DNA of 63,441 nucleotides, the filler included, from Chiloscyllium plagiosum (Eukaryota), in NCBI RefSeq assembly GCF_004010195.1. It is 4 parts of one record of this genome, joined end to end, with 100 filler letters (N's around TTAATTAATTAA, not from the genome) between each part and the next. Parts side by side here need not be neighbours in the genome. Positions count along the whole stretch, not along the records: positions 1 to 22,399 come from NC_057712.1; positions 22,500 to 45,565 come from NC_057712.1; 2 more parts are not named here. One strand, written 5' to 3'. This document shows, one piece after another, positions 12,609 to 23,560 of the stretch. Numbering within the stretch: position 1 is the stretch's first letter; every line of letters begins with the position of its first letter. The position numbers were made by a program, and so were the translations under genes. Under the pieces are notes generated by a model. It saw only the letters and a program-made list of their open reading frames with translations. It ran no database searches and was not told where the DNA came from.

Positions 12609-13945
12609 CCTAATCTAGTCCCACCTGCCATCACTCCAAACCCATATCCCTCCAAGCCCTTCCTATTCACATACTCATCCAAATGCCTCTTAAATGTTGC
12701 AATTGTACCAGCCTCCACCACATCCTCTGGCAGTTCATTCCATACCTGTACCACCCTGTGTATGAAAAAGTTGCCCTGTAGGTCTCTTTTATATCTTTCC
12801 CCTCTCACCCTAAACCTACGCCCTCTAGTTCTGAACTCCCTGAACCCAGGGAAAAGACTTTGTCTATTTACCTTATCCATGCCCCTCATACTTTTGTAAA
12901 CCTCTTTAAGGTCACCTCTCAGCCTCCGACATTCCAGGGAAAGCAGCCCCAGCCTGTTTAGCCCTTCCTTGTAGCTCAAATCCTCCAACCCTGGCAACAT
13001 CCTTGTAAATCTTTTCTGAACATCCTTCTGACAGGAAGGAGACCAGAATTGCATGCAATATTCCAAAACTGGCCTAACCAATGTCCTGTGCAGCCGCAAC
13101 ATGACCTCCCAACTCCTGTACTTAAAATGTGTTGCTGGAGAAGTGCAGCAGGTCAGGCAGCATCCAAGGAGTAGAAGAATCGACGTTTCGGGCATGAGGG
13201 CTCCTTGGATGCTGCCTGACCTGCTGCGCTTTTCCAGCAACACACTTTCAGCTCTGATCTCCAGCATCTGCAATCCTCACTTTCTCCTCCCAACTCCTGT
13301 ACTCAATACTCTGACCAATAAAAGAAAGCATACCAAACTCCTTCTTCACTATCCTATCTACCTGCAACTCCACTTTCAAGGAGCTATGAGCCTGCACTCC
13401 AAGGTCTCTTTGTTCAGCAACACTCCCTCAGACCTTACCATTAAATGTACAAGTCCTGCTAAGATTTGCTTTCCCAAAATGCAGCACCTCGCATTTATCT
13501 GAATTAAACTCCATCTGCCATTTCTCAGCCCACTGGCCCATCTGGTCAAGATCCTGTTGTAATCTGAGGTAACCCTCTTCGCTGTCCACTACACCTCCAA
13601 TTTTGGTGTCATCTGCAAACTTACTAACTGTACCTCTTATGCTCGCATCCAAATCATTTATTTAAATGACAAAATGTAGAGGACTCAACACCAATCCTTG
13701 TGGCACTCCACTGGTCACAGGCCTCGAGTCTGAAAAACAACCCTCCACTACTACCCTCTGTCTTCTACCTTTGAGCCAGCTCTGTATCCAACTGGCTAGT
13801 TCTCCCTGTATTCTATGAGATCTAACCTTGCTAATCTTTCTCCCATGGGGAACTTTATCAAATGCCTTACTGAAGTACATCTAGATCACATCTACCGCTC
13901 TGCCCTCATCAATCCTCTTTGTTACTTCTTCAAAAAACTCAATCA
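12607..13945 (-). mobile_element. CR1 LINE (young shark family), 5'-truncated RT to near the 3' end
   Basis: YFSKAFDKVPHG, GVPQG, SKFADDTKIGG, LEYCMQFWSP, LNRLGLLSLE. Confidence 0.95.
13123..13285. mobile_element. Fold-back Penelope pLTR element (family 1) inserted in CR1
   Basis: Inverted arms plus tail; flanking direct repeat CCTCCCAACTCCTGTACT at 13105-13122 and 13286-13303. Confidence 0.85.
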
Positions 13946-14217
13946 ACACAGAGATTATGGTTTTCAGAGCTGTGCTGGTTTCTGCCCTCCCAAATGGCTC
14001 TGGGATGTAGATTATCTAGACACCTTAAGGTACTGGTGCAGTACCACCAATGCTGCCTACGCAAAATCCTGTGAATTTGCTGGGGAGAAAGACACACCAA
14101 AACCAGTTTCTTCGATCAGGTGAGCATCAAGGCAATGACCACCCTCGATCGGGGTGCAATGAGCTGGGCATGTCATCTGCATGACCAACCCAAGACTCCC
14201 CAAACAGGTGCTCCACT

Positions 14218-14893
14218 TGTTATGAAGATGTGGGTGTACTGTACCTTCAAGAGAGTTAAAAGCTAGCAAAACAATTGACAGCACCAAGTGTCCTCAATAA
14301 GGTAACAATGTGACACTTGGTCAAAAGCTAGATTAGCTGGGTTGTCTGGAGACAATTAGGCCAATCAGCTTAAATTATACTCCCAAAAAATACCAAACTC
14401 CAGTCGAGTTTGAATTTAATATAATATCAATCATAAAAGCCGATGTTTTGAGGGTATAAGGGAAAATTTAACAGTTGGGAGGAAAACTGCCACACTACCA
14501 GCACGTAGAGACTGCCTGGAAAACAGTTCTCTTAAAGGTACCTTTATCGATCTGTAACCTTTGAAGCAGAATCCCCAAGAAGAAAAGAAGACAGGAATAC
14601 AGAGAAGAACCAAAAGCGGCCTGGTTTTGAGATAAGAAGTTCTGTTTTGTGAATCTTAATCGGGAATTTTATCAGACCAGTATCGTAGAGGGAAAAGTAA
14701 AAGACAGAATAAAGGAAGGAGTTGTAAATAGTTGTTAGTTAATTATTCTCCCTTATACTTTAAGAAATAAAGTTGTTAATTTTTACTTTAAATGGTTCTT
14801 GGTCTATCGAATTTCACAGATTACTGCATGGGATAAATCGTTTCTGTGTTGCTGGTTTAGGTTAAGCAGGAGGGTTTATCCCATGTTGTAACA
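14218..14893 (+). mobile_element. Solo LTR (probably Gypsy-type), 676 bp
   Basis: TGTTA...TAACA termini; 4-bp TSD CACT (14214-14217, 14894-14897); internal TATA-like and AATAAA motifs; the RTE frame resumes after it. Confidence 0.85.
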
Positions 14894-15892
14894 CACTCCC
14901 AGCTTTGAAATGGCAGGCGAGCCCCAGGTGGACAGAGGAAGCGTTTCAGTGATACGCTCAAGGACTCACTGGTGAAGTGCAGTAGTCCCACAGCTACCTG
15001 GGAATTACTAGTCCAAGACCATCCAAAGTGAAGGATGAGCATCCAGCAAGAGCCTTGCCATCAGTAAAAAGTGGAAGCCAAGCAAAAATAGCGCAATGAG
15101 CCCGCTGCCACAGCAATGCCCCAAACACCCCTTCCCATGACCACCTTCTGACCCAAGTGTAACAGAGCCTGTGGAAGTTGCATCCATCTGTACAACTACC
15201 TACGGATCACCCTGAATGGAGAAGTGTCATCCTCATCTGTGAGAGACCGCAAATGATGATGCAGGTGGGACATGAATAAAAGCCGCCTGACCTAGAGATA
15301 GGAACCCTCCCACTGTGTCATAAGACCACCACTGGCCATTAAATGCTCTGTCCTCTTAACCACTTACCTGAAGTGTACAAATTTCCTGTTGACAGTAGAA
15401 GAAATAAAAGCCTAAGACACTAATTTAAAAGAAAACACGTGGCCTCAAGTGCTTTAATTGCTTTCTTTCTTCCAGCATCGAATCCTGCATTGCTCATAGC
15501 AGTTTCTCCTTGCACTGCATCTTCCTCTTCTCTCCAAGCCTCTTTTGGTATTTGCATTGCCAAAAAGCAGTGAAGTTAATGGTTACAATATGAAGTAAAA
15601 GCAGACAGGAAAACAACTAGTTCTCAGGCTCCACAAACTCCATACTTTGGTGAGTTCCTGAAATTTGAGGAAATTGTGTGAACTATTAACAATAGAAAAA
15701 TATGCAATTATCTTTTAAATTTTTATTTATATAAACTATTGACCAGATTGCTTGACTCCATGAGATTTCTTCAAAAGTGCAGCTCAAAATCTGGTAATGA
15801 GGCAAATGGGCATCCACTCCCTCGACCACCAATGCTCAGCAGTAGAGTGCGTACTACCTACAAGATGCACTGCAGAAATTCACCGAAAACCT

Positions 15893-15988
15893 TTAGACAG
15901 AAGAGTGATGATCACCAACAATCTGTCTTGGTCCATCCACATTGACATGACAGTCAAGAAAGCACAGCAACTTCTCTACTTCCTTAGG
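15893..15988 (+). mobile_element. Rex1/Babar-like LINE fragment
   Basis: Peptide VMITNNLSWSIHIDMTVKKAQQLLYFLR, typical of the Rex1 post-RT region. Confidence 0.6.
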
Positions 15989-16009
15989 TATTATGGTTTC
16001 TTGACATTC

Positions 16010-16548
16010 AATTGCAGTGCTATCACAGAATTCCAACCACCAACATTCTGGGGTGACCAGGGACCAGAAACTTAACGGGACCAGCATATGACTTCTGAGT
16101 CTACAAATCAGGCCTGAGTAAGTCACCAGCAGACGTTTCAAAGCTTGTCCACCATCTACAAGACACAAGTGTGCGATGGAATACTCTATGCTAGTCTGGA
16201 TCAGTACAGCTTCAACGCGTTGAAGAAATCAATAATAACCAAAATAAATACGAGACACAATTGGCATCCCAATCATGCCTTCCACCATTGGTTTCCAATG
16301 GAAGCAATGTGAACTATATACAGATGCAGTGCAGCAACTTGCCAAGCATACTTCAAAAGCACCCTCTAAATCTATGATCACATCCACCTAGAAGGAAAAC
16401 ATCAGGAGTCAAATGGGAACACCACTATCTACATGTTCCTTTCTAAGTCACATGCTATCCTATTTCAAACTTTATCATTATTCTTTCATTGTCTCTGGGT
16501 TTAAAAGCTGGAAATCCCTTCCTAACAGCTTTGACGATGTACCTGCAC
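16010..16548 (+). mobile_element. CR1-clade family B 3' fragment
   Basis: LSTIYKTQV..MEYSMLVWIS..; homologous to 9070-9330. Confidence 0.65.
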
Positions 16549-16562
16549 AAGAGGTGCCTCAG

Positions 16563-16648
16563 AGTTAAGAATGTGGTGCGGGAAAAGTACAGCAGGTCAG
16601 GCAGTATCTGAGGAGCAGAATTAACATTTCGGGCATAAGCTCTTCATT
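16563..16648 (-). mobile_element. Single-arm Penelope pLTR (family 1) with 14-bp TSD
   Basis: AAGAGGTGCCTCAG at 16549-16562 and 16649-16662; degenerate hammerhead on the minus strand. Confidence 0.8.
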
Positions 16649-16699
16649 AAGAGGTGCCTCAGTATTTTACAAATACAGAACACAGCAGCACTGATAAAG

Positions 16700-18910
16700 C
16701 AACACCATTGAGTGTCAAGACACAGTGGTTAGATTGTCTCTTGTTAATCACGCTCATAGCTTGGTATTTGTGTGGTGCAAATGTTACTTGTCACGTGTCA
16801 GCCCAACCCTGGATATTGTCCAGATTGTGTTGCATTTGGACATGGACTGTTTCAGTATCTGAGGAGTCGCGAATCATGTAGAACATTGTCCAATGATTGG
16901 CAAACATCCCCACTCCTGACCTTAGGCTGGAGGGAAAGTCACTGGTGAAGCAGCTGAATTTGGTTGGGCCTAGGACACTACCCCGAGGAACTCCTGTAGA
17001 GATGTCCTGGAGCTGAGAAGATCAATCTCTAATCACCATGACTATCTTCCTTTGTGTCAGGTATGACTCGAACCACTGGAGAGTTTGCCCCTGGATTCTC
17101 ATTGATTGCAGGTTTGCCAGGGCTCCTTGATGCCACACTGGATCCAACACAGTCTTGATGGCAAGATCTGTCATTCTCACCTCACTGGAATTCCTCTCTG
17201 GAATTCATCTTTTGTTCATGTTTGAACCTAGGCTGTATGGAGGTCAGGAGCTGTGTGGTTCTGGTGGAACGCAAACTGGGTGTCACTGAGCAAGTTATTG
17301 CTGAGCAGGTGATGTTTGATAGCACTGCTGTTGACACCTTCCAACACTTTATGGATGATCAAGAGTGGACTGATGGGGTGGTAATTGATCAGGTTGGATT
17401 TGTTTTAGTTTTCATGTACAGGACATACTTGGACAATTTTCCACATTATCAGGTAGATGCCAGTGTTGTAACAGCTTGGCTGGTGGAGCGACAGGTTCTG
17501 GAGCACAGGTCGTCAGTACAATTGCTGGAATGTTTTCACAGCCCGTAGCCTTCACAGCATCTGGTGCGTTAAATTGTTTCTTGATATCACGAGGAGTAAA
17601 TTGAAGTGATTGACGACAGGTATCTGTAATCATAGAATCCCTACAATGTGGAAACAGGCCATTTGGCCCAACAAGTCCACACTGACCCTCTGAAGAGTAT
17701 CCCAACCCATTCTCCTATCCTATTACTCTACATTACCCCGATTAATGCACCTAGCCTACATATCACCTGACCTGCACATCTTTGGACTGTGGAAGGAAAC
17801 CAGAGCATCCAGAGGAAACCCACACAGACACGGGGAGAATGTGCAAACTCCATACAGACAGTTGCCCAAGGCTGGACTTGAACCCGGGTCCCTGGCATTG
17901 TGAGTCAGCAGTGCTAACACTGAGCCACTGTGCCGCCCAAATACTGGAGATCACTGAAGGAGACTGAGATAGATCATCCACTCGACACTTTTGGCTGAAG
18001 ACTGCTGTGAAAGCTTTAGCCTTATCTTTTGCACTGATGTACTGGGCCCTTCCATCACTGAGGATGGGGACATTTGTGGAGCCTTCTGCTCCAGTGAGTT
18101 GTTCAATCATCCATCTCATGACTGGATGTTGCAGGAGCTTAGATCTGATGCTAGTTGTGGGATTACTTAGTGTTGTCTATCACTTGCTGCTTCTAGTATG
18201 CCTGGTGCTGGTCCTGGCATGCCTTCCCACACTCTCCACTGAACCAGGTTTGATTCCCTGGCTTGATGTTAATGGTCAAGTGGGGGATATGTTGGACTGT
18301 GTAGGCACAGATTGTGCTGGAGTACAATTCTGCTGCTGTTGATGGCCCATAGCACCTCACGGATGCCCAGTCTTGAGCTGCTAGATCTGTTTGAAGTCAG
18401 TCCCATTTAGTATGGTGATAGTGCCACACAACTCCCTCTTGACTGTATAGCACTGTGCTGCCACCTCTGCTGGGTCTGTCCTACTGGTGGGACAGGAAAT
18501 ATCCAGGGATGGTGATGGTGGTATCTCGGATATTGTCTGTAAAGTATGATTCCATGAGTATGATTATGTCAGGCTGTTGCTTGACTCGTCCCTATGCGAC
18601 ACCGCTCCCAATTCTGGCACTAGCCCCCAGATGTTAGTGAAGAGGACTTTGCAGGGATGACAGGGCTGTTTCTGCCATTGTCTTTTCCAGTGCCCAGGTC
18701 GATACCAGATGATCTGTCTGGTTTAATTGTTTTGAGACTTTGTTGCAATTGGTACAACTGAATGGCTTGTTAGGCCAATTCAGAAGGCAATTGAGAGTCA
18801 ACCACATTGCTGTGGGTCTGGAAACACATGTAGGCTAGACCAGGTGCGGATGGCAGATTTCCTTCCCTGAAGGACATTAGTGAACCAGATGAGTTTTTCC
18901 AACAATGGAC
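16700..18910 (-). mobile_element. CR1-clade LINE family B (APE + RT, internal deletions, no ORF1 visible, SINE-like 5' segment)
   Basis: EN motifs (QQPDIIILMESYFTD, HQ*DRPSRGGSTV) at ~18450-18630; RT motifs (GVPRGSVLGP, FTSDFPS, GMFAN) at 16880-17600; 18750-18910 matches the SINE body at 33800-33950 and 42240-42375. Confidence 0.85.
17629..17938 (-). mobile_element. tRNA-derived V-SINE (HE1-like) inserted in the family B LINE
   Basis: A box TGGCTCAGTGTTAG, B box GGTTCAAGTCC, V-core GTGTGGAGTTTGCACATTCTCCCCGTGTCTG, CR1-like tail. Confidence 0.9.
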
Positions 18911-19206
18911 CATGAGGAAAGAAGACTCACACTTTATTTCAGAAACAGTGTAAGTACTTTTTTATTTTTGTTTGTGTAATAAAAGTCCCTTACATCACTA
19001 CAATACTTGAAGGGCTATTAATATATTGGATGTACACCTTTCACATTCAAACCATAATCAATTTTGAAGAGTCAATACCAATACCATAGTGTGAAATACA
19101 GATAAATAATTGTATAAGTAACAATGGAAACATTTTGTTGCCTTGACACAATCTTAGTTTAAAGTTCAACCTCTGCCCTTTTAGATTAAATAGAAAAGTA
19201 TAGGAA

Positions 19207-19334
19207 TCAGGAACGCTGTAGCAGTGATACATTTCGGATCATCTCTGCTGTCCCAGGGAGCTCATCTTTTAGGTGAAGATGATTGGTTTGGAGAAAATGG
19301 AGGCTTCTGAAAAGCCCTTTCCAGCCTTTATCCT
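19207..19334 (-). CDS. Candidate terminal coding exon (E/DKGWKGLFRSLHFLQTNHLHLKDELPGTAEMIRNVSLLQRS*), unidentified host gene
   Basis: Acceptor gcttttccctttttag; phase 1; open to TGA at 19207-19209; AATAAA on the minus strand at 18961-18966 and 18933-18938; non-repetitive. Confidence 0.45.
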
Positions 19335-19708
19335 CTAAAAAGGGAAAAGCAAATGACATAAATTCGGATAACTTTAACAACATCTCAATATAATTTCTTA
19401 AATTAAGTAGGTGCCAGCAATGCACTGCCTATTTTCTTTCCAGATAAAGTTAATACAAGGTATAAAAAATCTTGGCAACATTTAAATGGATCACACCCAC
19501 ATCCTATGACAAATGCCAAGGACACAAAAATATTGTATGTTAAATGATTTTTAAAATTCCAAAACACCAAGAAAGGAGATGTGATCAAACAAAGCTTCAA
19601 ATGTTGGGAGAGAAACAAAAGTGCGTCATCTTCAAAAATTTAATATTTTTCAAAATGTCTGCTACCAATAAATCACAATGCTTCTAACTTTTATATTCAT
19701 AGTTCTAC

Positions 19709-19852
19709 CTGACATATCTTCCAGGTGAATATCAGAGTTGGTTTGGGAGGAGGTGGTTAGAAGTAACTTAGATAGATAAAGAGACTGCAAGTAACTGTAT
19801 TCATAAATATTCTCATTCAATGTGTTCTCCAAATTATTTAAATTATGTGGTC
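19709..19852 (-). CDS. Candidate penultimate exon (..TTSSQTNSDIHLEDMS), 5' boundary uncertain
   Basis: Donor CAG|GTAGAA gives phase 1, in frame with the 19334 exon; possible exon starts at 19766, 19784 or 19852, all within the same open frame. Confidence 0.3.
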
Positions 19853-20321
19853 CTTGCAAATGAATGGCTTCACAGTATATCAGACATGGGTACAATACTG
19901 TCCCACATTCATGGGAATAAGCATGGAATGATTTAGAGCAGATTCTGGTCCAAGGCTCTGTGCAATGGCGAAAGAGATTGAAGCAGAATAGTATCTATGC
20001 TGGGTTACTCCTCTTTCCCAAATGTGGGATTTAGCAATGGGAAACAGATTTTATCTATCATTCTGATCACAAGGCATTTTGTAATGGAAGGTGATGGCAA
20101 TGGTGAAAACGTGGCTTATAGGGTTGTTGAGCAGCAAAGTAATTATGCCAGAATTTGGCCTATATTTCCAAATATTTTAACAGGTTTAACAAGACTATAA
20201 CAGATCAATTTAAATACTTGCAGATCTTGTCTCTTTCTGGTTGAGTAATGGAAAGTTTTCTCATCACAGAAATGCACAGTGAGAGTTGATTGGCATAAGA
20301 GTTGAGAATTCTCAGTAACTG

Positions 20322-20803
20322 GATCAATGGTGCTGGAAGAGCACAGCAGTTCAGGCAGCATCCGTGGAGCTTCAGCAAAATCAACGTTTCGGGCAAAAGC
20401 CCTTCATCAGGAATAAAGGCAGAGAGCCTGGAGATGGAGAGGTCCAGGAAGGGGAGGGAGGTGTCAGAGATGGTCCAGGTAAATTTAAGGTCAGGGTGGA
20501 ATGTGTTGGTGAAGTTGATGAATTGCTCAACCTCCTCGCAGGAGTGGGAGGGGGAGTTGAAATGTTGGGGCACGGGGCGGTTTGGTTGATTGGTGCGGGT
20601 GTCTCGGAGATGTTCCCTAAAGCGCTCTGCTAGGAGGCGCCCAGTCTCCCCAATGTAGAGGAGACCGCATCGGGAGCAACGGATACAATAAATGATATTA
20701 GTGGATGTGCAGGTAAAAGTTTGATGGATATGGAAGGCTCTTTTAGGGCCTTGGATAGAGGTGAGGGAGGAGGTGTGGGCACAGGTTTTTACAGTTTTTA
20801 CCT
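20322..20803 (-). mobile_element. Rearranged Penelope-like element (pLTR + RT piece + GIY-YIG piece) with TSD
   Basis: ATTCTCAGTAACTG at 20308-20321 and 20804-20817; segments match 36280-36385 and 35495-35750. Confidence 0.9.
20379..20414 (-). ncRNA. Minimal hammerhead ribozyme motif (family 1)
   Basis: ATTC-CTGATGA-A-GGGC-TTTT-GCCC-GAAAC-GTT-GATT. Confidence 0.65.
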
Positions 20804-21484
20804 ATTCTCAGTAACTGTCAAGTAGGCCCATCAGGCATAAAGCTATGACATATTCACTGCAGTTTGTGATTTCTGTTCTCCAATGTTGCAGTTGTGGAAG
20901 AAGAGATTTTGTAGAGTCTACTGAGAAGGTAGTACAGTTCATGATGATTTTGAATTGGCTTTCTCATATCCAGCCATACTTCATTCTTATCCCATTGTTG
21001 CTAAGTCAATAGCAGCCTACAGTCTCTTTGCAAAGCCCTTTTCAGGATTACAATGCCACCCAGCAAACATGATACACAAAGAAACTGGTCTCACAGCCTT
21101 CTAATTTGGAAAAGTAAAGCTTTTAATAGGTACAATGGGATTCTGGGTAATCCATGATGGAGGACGGGAAATATTTCTGACTGTAAGAGCTGCTCCTTTT
21201 TTTGAGGTATTTTAGGTGCTGGAGGTGATTTCCTCAAATTCCAGGAGCAGTAATTACTGTTTTATTTGCTGCTGCATTGTTTTGGAACTTTGGAAAAAAA
21301 AGCCAAAACAACAGCAGTTTTAAAAGGGAGAAGAAAAGACAAAGGAAGCACATGGTGAGGACAGTGCAGGAGAGAGAGAGAGAGAGAGAGAGAGAACCTG
21401 CACAGTTACTGCCTTTGCTGTTTTTGAATTCATGTATCGCTGGACATCGGAGTGCATCTGGGAAAATTAACAAACAGTGAATTT

Positions 21485-21737
21485 CACAACTAATCTTGCA
21501 GGAACCGGTTTGGGCGAAGTTCACAACAAAGAATCATATAATTAATCGTTGTTTTAAGTCTGTCCAAGAGAAAGGCTGCATTAGTGAGTACAGTGGATTC
21601 TTTCTTGATTCACAACTAATCTTGCAGGAACCGGTTTGGGCGAAGTTCACAACAAAGAATCAGATAAGTTAATCGTTGTTTTAAGTCTGTCCAAGAGAAA
21701 GGCTGCATTAGTGAGTACAGTGGATTCTTTCTTGATT
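21485..21737 (+). repeat. Tandem duplication (~126 bp x2) in the CR1 5'UTR
   Basis: CACAACTAATCTTGCAGG...TTTCTTGATT occurs twice, near-identical; single in the 28555 copy. Confidence 0.95.
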
Positions 21738-21871
21738 ATATGTTTTTGGAGATAAGTCTCTTGATTAAACTTAAAATATAAGCCATAGCTATTAATTTAA
21801 CCTGGTGCAGTGTTTTGTAGAGGAATAAGACTGCGTTATTTTCTGGGTCTGTAGATTGTGGAGGAGCAAAA

Positions 21872-22399
21872 ATGGTCTTTGCAGTGATATGTACTTCTTG
21901 TCAGATGTGGGAGTTTAAAGAGAGTTTAAGGGTTACTGCGGATTACATCTGCCGTAAATGCTGTTGGATGCGAATCTTATCAGATCGAGTGGAGCAGTTG
22001 GAGAGACAGATAGAAGTGATGAGGAATTTGCAACAGCAACGGTATGTGATGGATGGCAGTTATAGGAAGGGGGGAGAGTCTCAGGTACAGTCACATAGAT
22101 GGGTTAACTCCAGGAAGGGTAAGAGAGGTAGGCAGCTAGAGCCGGAGTCTTTTGTGGATATACCCATTTCAAACAGGAATGCTGTTTTGGAAAATGTAGG
22201 GGGTGGATTCTCAGGGGAACGTATCATGAACAGCCAAGTTCCTGGTATTGAGTTGGCTCTAATGCAACGAGGGGTACGTCGGCTTCCAATAGATCAATTG
22301 TTTAGGGGATTCTGTAGTCCGAGGTACAGACAAACGTTTCTGTGGCCAGCAGAGAAAAAACAGAATGATGTGTTGTTTCCCTGGTGCCAGGATCAAGGA
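21872..22399 (+). pseudogene. CR1 ORF1 (CxxC..CxxC zinc finger, coiled coil, start of esterase), frameshifted
   Basis: MVFAVICTSCQMWE..YICRKC..LSDRVEQLERQIEVMRNL; the GDSVVRGTDKRFCG segment is out of frame. Confidence 0.85.
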
Positions 22400-22499
22400 N
22401 NNNNNNNNNNNNNNNNNNNNNNNNNNNNNNNNNNNNNNNNNNNTTAATTAATTAANNNNNNNNNNNNNNNNNNNNNNNNNNNNNNNNNNNNNNNNNNNN
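22400..22499. other. Assembly gap with TTAATTAATTAA linker
   Basis: 100-bp N block with a central all-frame stop linker; identical construct at 45566-45665 and 58619-58718. Confidence 0.95.
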
Positions 22500-23560
22500 A
22501 GCAGGACTTATACACTTAATGGTAAGGTCCTAGGGAGTGCTGCTGAACAAAGAGACCTTGGAGTGCAGGTTCATAGCTCCTTGAAAGTGGAGTCACAGGT
22601 AGATAGAATAGTGAAGGTGTTTGGTATGCCTTCCTTTATTGAGTACAGGAATTGGGAGGTCATGATGTGGCTGTACAGGTCTATTGGTTAGGCCACTGAT
22701 GGAAATTGCATGCATTCCGTCTCCTTCCTATCGGAAGGAATTTGTGAAACTTGAAAGGGTTCAGAAAAGATTTACAAGGATGTTGGAGGATTTGAGCTAT
22801 CGACTGGCTGAACATGCTGGGGCTGTTTTCCCTGGAGCGTCGGAGGCTGAGGGGTGACCTTTTAGAGGTTTACAAAATTATGAGGGGCATAGACAGGGTA
22901 AATAGAAAAAGTCTTTTCCCTGGGGTCAGGGAGTCCAGAACTAGAGGGCAGAGGTTTAGGGGTGAGAGGGGAAAGATATAAAAGAGACCTACAGGGCAAC
23001 GTTTTCACACAGAGAGCGGTACATGTATGGAATGAGCTGCCAGAGGAAGTGGTGGAGGCTGGTAGAATTGCAACACTTAAGAGGCATTTGGATGGGTATA
23101 TGAATAGGAAGGGTTTGGAGGGATATGAGCCGGGTGCTGGCAGGTGGGACTAGATTGAGTTGGGATATCTGTTTGACATGGACGGGTGGGACAGAAGGGG
23201 TCTGTTTCCATGCTGTACATCTCTATGATTTTATCTAAGGCACAGGTCACATTTGTGATAGATTCCCTTAACTAGTCTGGATGAGCTTGTCTCCTACAAT
23301 ACTAAAGAACTTAACACAATCCAGGGCAAAGAAGCTCAGCTGGTTGTAACCCAATTTTACACATTAAACGTCCACTCCCTCCAACATCAGTACTGTGGCT
23401 CCACTGTATATTATCCACAAAGTTGCACTGCAGCAACACACCAAGGCTGTGTACCATTTTAGTCTCCTTATTTAAGGAAGGAAGTAAATGCATGGGAGAT
23501 ATTTCCAAGGATTAGATTGATACCTAAAATGTGAAGGTTATGTTATGAAGAAAATTTGGA

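Larger units (their letters stand above)
12340..15261 (+). mobile_element. RTE-clade LINE 3' part, split by pLTR+CR1 (12510-13945) and a solo LTR (14218-14893)
   Basis: Collinear RTE-type peptides IKIHREALENIDHF, IDEEVQHCLQCASAAFG, RHLKVLVQYHQCCLRKIL, AGHVICMTNPRLPKQVL, GRRAPGGQRKRFSDTLKDSL; (TGA)n-like tail at ~15253-15261. Confidence 0.8.
21151..23233 (+). mobile_element. CR1 LINE with 5'UTR, ORF1 start, a gap, then ORF2 C-terminus and 3'UTR
   Basis: 5'UTR shared with the 28555 copy; ORF1 from 21872; 3' end CATCTCTATGA at ~23228; linkage across the gap is assumed. Confidence 0.85.

Noticed and set aside
12605..13273. 222-aa ORF that looks like a novel fusion protein
   Set aside because: Chance in-frame read-through from an inserted pLTR into the CR1 ORF2 C-terminus.
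19207..19852. Resemblance to galanin/spexin precursors (GPH, LHLK, terminal RS)
   Set aside because: No GWTLNSAGYLL or NWxPQ mature peptide found and exon boundaries do not fit; no gene symbol assigned.
22444..22455. TTAATTAATTAA inside N runs (also ~45610, ~58663)
   Set aside because: Identical linker centred in 100-bp gaps; a scaffolding artefact, not biological.
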